Below are positions 1 to 7,635 of a DNA stretch of 16,985 bases, one piece after another. A program made the translations under genes and the position numbers. The notes beneath the pieces were generated by a model. The model was given only the letters and a program-made list of their open reading frames with translations, had not been told where the DNA came from and made no database searches. Each line of letters begins with the position of its first letter. Position 1 is the first letter of the stretch. This DNA is from Elusimicrobiota bacterium (lineage in GTDB: Bacteria > Elusimicrobiota > UBA8919): NCBI GenBank assembly GCA_043816185.1, contig JBDRIG010000024.1, positions 1 through 16,985 on the forward strand. The letters are read 5' to 3'.

Positions 1-3000
1 GTGCGGTGAATGTTGCTATTGCGACGCCAATTGAATTGGTTGTTGCTTCTTCACTTTCGGCACCAAAGGAAAAATTTACTGTTTTATTACTTATCGCAGT
101 ATTGTCCAATTTATTTGTTAGCGTTGCAGTTGCAGTAAAGACGGTGGCAAAAACTTCGCTTTCACTAGCATAAGTTGTAACACTATCTGCTTGAATTGTC
201 GTTGGACGCAGTAGAATGGAAACCGTCTCGGAACTAGTTGAGAGATTATATGAATCATCACTCGCAAACGACGCATCTAATTTGTAATCTCCTTTTGAAC
301 TTGGTGCAGTAAATGTCACTGTTGCGATGCCAATTGAATTGGTTGTTGCCGTCTTGGATTCACCATCTTTTAACGCAAACGAAATTTCTTTACATGCGAT
401 TGGCGTGCCTGTTGGTTTTGTTGTTAAAGTCGCGGTTGCAATAAAAACCACTCCAATGTAAGTTGAAACAGGATTAACTTTAATAGCGGTATCACCAGAT
501 ATTACATTGATAGGATTTGAAACATCGCTGGAACCCATGTATGTATCGTCGCCATCAAATATAGCAATATAATTGGTAACTCCCACAGTTAGTGGTGCGG
601 TGAGTATTACCGTTGCTACACCTGAATCATCGGTTACACCACTATATAAACTAGAAGGTGTGGCTTCGAAAGTAAAGCGTATTGTTCTTCCGACGATTTT
701 ACTGCCACCAGAATCAATCAGTGTTGCCTTGGCAGTAAAATCCATTCCAACAGGAACTTCGGTATTTTCTTCCCCACTAATTACAGTAGAACATTTTGTT
801 ACAGTAACAACATTATTAGTATCACTCTTTGGAGTGTATGTACTATCGCCAATAAACCATGCTTCGTAATTATAATCTCCAGCAATACCGGATGCTGTAA
901 AGCTTGATATTGCAATACCTAAACTATTGGTTACAGCAAATTTTTCTTTACCATCAAATATAAACTTTATCATTTTCCCTGCGACAGGCGTAGAAATTTC
1001 AAGCGTAGGGGTTATATCTTCTAATATCGCTTTAACGGTAAATGTGGAAAATACAGCAGCCGCTGGCACACCATCAGCATTTAAACTTGTCAAGCGACGG
1101 CTGACGGTAATTGTTTTTGTATCAGAACTTGCTTCGTAAAAAGCATCACCCGTAGATATTGCTACAATGCTGTAATACCCCGAAGTCGAAGGTGAAAGAA
1201 ATGTTGATGTTGAATATCCTGTCTCTTCCGTCATAGTGGTTGAACTAATCTGAGGAATTGTTTTGAGTAAAAATGTTACTGGTTTATTTTCAATCCCGTT
1301 TAAACGAGTTTTATCGGTTAAAATTCCAACAGCATCAAATTCATCCTTTATATAAACATTAACATTGTTTGTTACCAACTTAACTTCGCGAGGTAAAACG
1401 GATACAGCGTTTACCGTATCACTACTTATACTGTTTAAAAGATCACCGTCAAAAAATGCTTGGTAATTATATGTTCCAGTAGACCATAGAGCGTGAAAGA
1501 CTACCTCTGCCACACCATGACCATCAGTAGTATCTTCAATTATAGTTTCAACGGTTGTATTTTCAGATACAAATCGCACTTTCTTACCCACAATAAATAC
1601 GCCGTCTGAATATTTTAAAGTGGCTTTTGCAGTAAAATCGTCGTCTGCACGAACTGTAACACCCTCAGCAGATAATGTGGTAACATTTTTTTCTACGGTT
1701 ACTGCATCATCACTGCTGCTGGTACTTGGTAAGTACTGAGAGTCCCCGCTAAACGATATTGTGGATGAATATACACCAATATCTGTTGGTGCAGTGAGAA
1801 ATACACTTGCTTCACCTGCCCCATCTGTCTCAGTACTTTCTTTTTCTTCATTTTGAAATACAAATTTCAATTTTTTTCCAGAAATACCAGTACCACTCGT
1901 ATTCACAAGTTTAGCTTTTAAGACAAAATCTTTCCCTGCACCCACTGTAACACTATATGGTATTACAACAGTACCTTTTTTACCGATAGTAACCGCTGCT
2001 GACGAGAAACTTGCAGAGTATGTTCTATTGTAATTTAAATCTGCTCTAAACCACTTTGTCCCGACAACACTACCGCTGACAAAGCTTGTTGTTGCAATGC
2101 CACCGCTGTCGGTTATAGCGATCTTAACTTCGCCATCAAAAGTAAACACTACTTTTTGATTCGCAATCGCTACATTTCCGCCGACTGCATCTACTATTTT
2201 TGCTTCTGCCAAAAAATCACTCAAAACAGTAGCCGGAGTGGGATATGTGATAGTAGTGGTCAAGCGTGCGGTTACATAAACACCATTGTTAAGAGCCAAT
2301 TCTTGCTTAGTATACATAGCATCACCATTGAAAGTGGCCTTGCAGGGATACCAACCATCGTATTTTCTTAATGAGAACGAAGCCGACGCCCACCCACCAA
2401 AATCCGTCGTTCTTTGACATTGCTCTTGTTGGGCCGGCAAAATTTCTTCTCCAAGGTCATTATACACAAATGCCCCAAATTCTGTTGAAGACATTTTTAT
2501 TATTTCACTTTTTAACCATGTATTCGTTGAAAACGACACAATAGGCGCAGAATATTGATAAGAATCATCGCATTCATATTGCACTTGTAGGATTCTACTG
2601 CTATCAAATCTCCATGGGTTAGTATCATCCAACAACCCAAATCTATTTCTATTAACATTACTACTCTGAACGAAAAAATTATGGTGCCAACTACTTACAT
2701 CTGAGGTTTTGAATCTTGTTTTTATGGCAACAGTATCTGAGGGAGAAAAATCCCTTTTCATTCTCAATATTTTCCAATTAGAATTATCGGAGTATTCTCT
2801 TAATACACCATTTGAAACTTCGTAAGTCATCGCAGGATAACCGCCATATGGCCCGCCATATGTAAACTTACTTGTATCAGCGGTGTTGAAATCGTCAAAA
2901 AATGTAAATGTGTTTCCACCATTACTTTCAGACAAACTACTATCTCCATAATGAATATAAATTGTTTTATCGCCGACAGGCACTGTTGGAACTTTTACCC

Positions 3001-6000
3001 AAATTATTGTTGAAGTAGTATTTATGGCTTCGGGTTCTATCCAGTAATTTAATTCCATAGAATCATTGCTGTCTCTGAACCTTATATCTCCACAATCTGC
3101 CCTCATCTTTCCAGCATCACATAATTCTTTTGTATTTAACTTAACAAGAATTTGATAATCGTGCAATTCCGAAGAACTTGTGTTTGAAATTGTTATGGGT
3201 CTTCTATAAGTTCCTTCTTCACTGCCAATTACTATTTTTGGCTCCGGATTATTATATTTACGGACAAAAATCCAATCGTAATAAACATTTACATTTTCTT
3301 TTTGCCAGTTCACCCATGTCCAGGTTTCATCTGACCATTTATCGGAAGACCAAACTGGTTTTGGAAATTCAAAATTCATGATTCTGCCACTGCCTACTGG
3401 TCGATCTAAGAGTCCGTCTTTCAACTGTAACCACGGAGTAGGATTTTGAAGTGTCCAGTGCCAACCAAAATACGACCCAACTCCAGGGACTATTACCAAA
3501 GGACGTTGTTTTACAGTGATATCAGCATTTCCTGTGTTTGGTTCATATGTACCATCACCATCAAAATAACCATAATATTTATATGTTCCTGATGAAACTG
3601 GTGCTGTAAATGTTGATATTGCGATACCCTCATTATTAGTCGTAGTGCTCTGTTTTATATTATTAAATCCATCATTAAATTCAAACCGTATTGCCGCGTT
3701 TGATATTACATCGCCAGTATTCCCATCTACCAACTTCGCTTTTGCTTGAAATATAGAGTATGTGTCGTCGGTAAAAATTGGATTTTTTACAAATACATCT
3801 GATGCTGTCAAAGAAAAAATTGTAGGACGACGCTTTACTACAATATCAGCATTACCCACTGAAGCACCGTACAATTTATCATCGCCAGTATCGCCGAAGA
3901 ACGATACGGAAAATATAGATGTTCCTGTATTAAACGGCGCAGTGAAAGTTGTTGATGCAAGTCCAACTTCGTTTGTTGTAGCAGTTTTAGTTTTGATTAT
4001 GTCGGGCGTGTTGTTAAATGTAAACGATAAATTTTTAAACGGTATCGGGACATTATTATCTCCAGGGTCTTTCAAATATGCTTCAACTGTAAATGTGTTT
4101 CCTACAACTGTTTCTGTAGGTATTGGCTGAACTGTCGTAGGTCGTACTACTACAACAACATTAGCATTATCTTCGTTTGAATTATAGTGTGTGTCGCCCG
4201 AAAATTTTGCTTGATATATTTTAACTCCAGTTAAAGACGGTGCTATATAGGTTGTTATTGCCTGACCAAGATCATTTGTATAAACTATTTTATGAATATT
4301 ATCGAAGATAAATTCCACCCGTTTGTTAGATAACAATTTTCTTGTATCATAGTCCTTTACAACAGCGGTTGCTGTAAAAGTACTGTTTGCAACGACCGAT
4401 GATACTTCAGATGCATCTAAAAGCGATTCTCTTCTATTCACTGTTATAAGAGATGTACTTTCGCTACCAGTATATAAAGCACCACCTGTAAATACTGAGG
4501 TAAAAGTATACTGACCCGTAGTGGATGGTGCCAAGAATGTTGCAGTTGCTATACCAACACTGTTAGTATGGGCAATTTCTGAATTTTCCTGAAATGTAAA
4601 TATAACATTACTGCCTACCAAATTTTCACGTGGCAGAACATCGTCCCTTAACCAAGCGGTAACGGTGAAAGTATCTATCGTAACAATTGTGTTATCGTTC
4701 GCAACAGTGTTTACATCATATGACACTAACAACGATGCCCTTTTGCCAACAATGACATCCGCTGAGGATTCAACGGACCCATATAAATCATCTCCAGAAA
4801 ATTTTGCAGAATAAGCACCTGCCTCAGTATCTGCTGCTATAAAATATGTAGTTGTGGCTGTACCTAAACTGTTGGTTAGGACTGTTTTTGGTGAATTTAA
4901 AAAATTAAATGTTACTAATTTATTTGACAGAGACACACCAGGGGTAGTATTATGGTCAATTAAAATAGCGGTAACGGTGAAAGTACTGTTTGCTGTAGTT
5001 GGTATATCGGATACCTGCAAAATCACAGGACGACTAATTACGGTAATATTCCCCGTGCTAGTGCTACGGGCATAAACTTTATCTCCTTCGAATGTTGCCG
5101 TGTAATCGTGGACACCAATACCTGAATAAGAAAAATATGTTGCTGTGGATATACCAAAATTATAGGTTTTATTTGTTTTTTGTAAACCTAAGAATGCAAA
5201 AGATATAGTTTTATTTTTTATGCCACCAATTGAATCTGCGAGGTCAGCCCTAACTGTAAATGAAGAGTTTGCAATTACTTCCATATCGTATTTTGCTATG
5301 TTTGTAAGTCGTTGTTCTACAACTACCGTAGAATCGTTGCTATTTGGATTATACAATGGAGAACCATCAAATGTCGCTGTCCAAGAATATATCCCTGAGG
5401 AATCTACTACATCAAAAGGACCGCCAGTAGCCTCACCTGAAGAGTTGGTAGAAGCGGTTTTTACAACATTACGAAATGTGAATTTTATTGCAGTATTTTT
5501 TATTAATTCATTTGTGTCAGCATCTTTTAATTTTGCTTTAAGAAACACAGACTCTAGGGCGGGAACAATTTTTGGCTCGGCGGTTAAAATTACATCTCTG
5601 CAAATTACTTGAATTTGAGTTTGTGCTGTGGCGGATTCATATGTATCGTCTCCAGAAAAATCGGTTTTATAGAAACAGGTTTCCGGGCTATTTGGAGCAA
5701 CAAAGGTTGATATTGCTATACCACTCTCGTCTGTTACGTATGTTGCAGCTTTACCATTAAACGTAAAAATTAAATTTTTACCTTTTATACCTGTACCTGT
5801 ATTGCCATCAAATAGTTGTGAAACAACGGTAAATGTGCTTTTTGCAGGAACATCATTAGAAAAACCACTAATGGTTGTTGGACGACAAGATACAAAAATA
5901 GTGGAATTGCCTGTCGCAGCCGAATATGTAGCATCGCCGAGAAATGTTGCGGAATAAGAATATGTTCCAGCAACATGTGTCCCAAGATAAACTTTGTATG

Positions 6001-7635
6001 CCTTACCGTCATTCTCAGTTGTGGTAGATTTAATTATTTCATTAGAATTAAAAGTTATGCTTTTGTCTTTTATTGATTGAGTTGTATTCGAATCTTTTAA
6101 TTCTGCTACTAGTGTCCAATCGTCAAGTGTATAAGCATATCGTGGAAAAACGGATAGGTTAACAATTCTTGGATTAACAGTAACCGTCCCTGTGCTGCTG
6201 GAACTTTTATATGTATTGCTTTGGTTAAAAACTGCTGTAAATATGTGGGTTCCACTTGATACTGGTGACTCAAACTCTGCGGTAGCAACACCAGATTGAT
6301 TAGTAAGAGTTGTAGAACTTATCCCAAGAAAGTTAAAGGTAACGGATTGATTTTTTATCGATGTAGATGTATGTGTAATATCTTTTAACTCTATTGTAGC
6401 GGTGAAGGTTGTTCTGGTTATTGTTGTAACGTTTTGTGGAGATATATTTGTTTCTCGTCTAATGATATTAATTGTGGACGAGCCAGAACTTGCAGAGTAG
6501 GTTTTATCACCGGTAAATGAATAGTAATAAGTACTGTTTCTTGCGATATTTCCTACATAAAAATCCGCCGTTGCTATACCGCCTAAACCAGTAGTAGCAC
6601 TGATAATTTTGTTCTCAAATGTAAAAGAAATAGTTTTATCCTGTATACCAGTACTTAAACTACCGTCAATCAGTGTTGCGGTAGCAGTAAATGTGCTAAG
6701 TGTGGGTGTTTCATCGTTTGCAGAGATTAAATTAACTGGTCGGACATAGACATCAACCTCTGCTGTTTCTGCATTTGCAAAATATACAGAATTGCCAGCA
6801 AATGATGCTTGAAATGGATATATTCCTGAGGATATGGGTGCGGTAAATGTGGACTTCGCAATACCAGAAGAATCAGTTACAGCAGTTTTTGTAGAACCTT
6901 GAAATGTGAATGTCACTGTGCAGCCAACAAGTAACGTTGGTGGATTGTATAAAGTATCCGACAATTTTGCTTCCACATAAAATGTAGATTTTGCGATCGC
7001 AGTTGTGTTGAAACCGGTAATCGAAGCAAATCTCATTCCAGCACCAACACTACCTATAGCAGGAATATTGATGTTGTGGGCATAAGTTTGGTCGCCATCA
7101 AATGTTGCTGTGTAAGTTGATACACCAACATAATCTCCAGTGGTGTAAGTTACTGTGGCAATACCAACATCATTAGTAACGGAAGTTTTTATGGATTGCA
7201 AATAATTAAAAGTTATAGTTCTACCAACTATGTTTGCAAGTTTTGAGTAATCCTTTAAAGTAACTTCCGCAATAAAGTCTGAGTTAATAGATGTGGTAAT
7301 ATTTTTGGTATTAATTACAGTAGGTCGTGGATTTAAAATTATCGTTCCCGTAGTAGAGGTTGAGCTGTGGATCTCATCTCCAAGAAACTCCACGCTATAA
7401 GCATGGGTATCGGAAGTTATAGCGACATTGTATGTTGCTGTCGCTACGCCAAATTCATTGGTCGTTGCACAGCATGGAGAAACTCCTTCAAAAACAAATT
7501 TTATTGTTTTTCCTGGCAAAACTCCATCCGTTTGCATATATTTAAGTGTAGCAGAAGCAGTGGATTTCTCTTTTTCAATTTCAGTATCACCACTCGTTTG
7601 AGTAATAATCCCACATGCGGTAATTGCGGTTTTTT
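1..7635 (-). repeat. At least 23 diverged tandem ~95-100-aa Ig-like (Big-type) protein repeats, ~285-310 bp period
   Basis: Recurring RxTx(I/L)...F(T/S)xxAxLxD...(K/R)x(I/V)xFxF...T(N/D)xxGxAxxTFxAP...GxYxYxAxFxGDxxYxxS...(I/V)xV. Approximate repeat ends: 7330, 7035, 6745, 6460, 6170, 5885, 5600, 5310, 5030, 4740, 4430, 4140, 3830, 3510, 2265 (split repeat), 1980, 1685, 1390, 1100, 795, 495, 208, then a partial repeat. Confidence 0.85.

Noticed and set aside
2841..2862. CCGCCATATG duplication encoding YGGPYGG
   Set aside because: It is a single 12-nt-period micro-duplication in a loop, too small to interpret.
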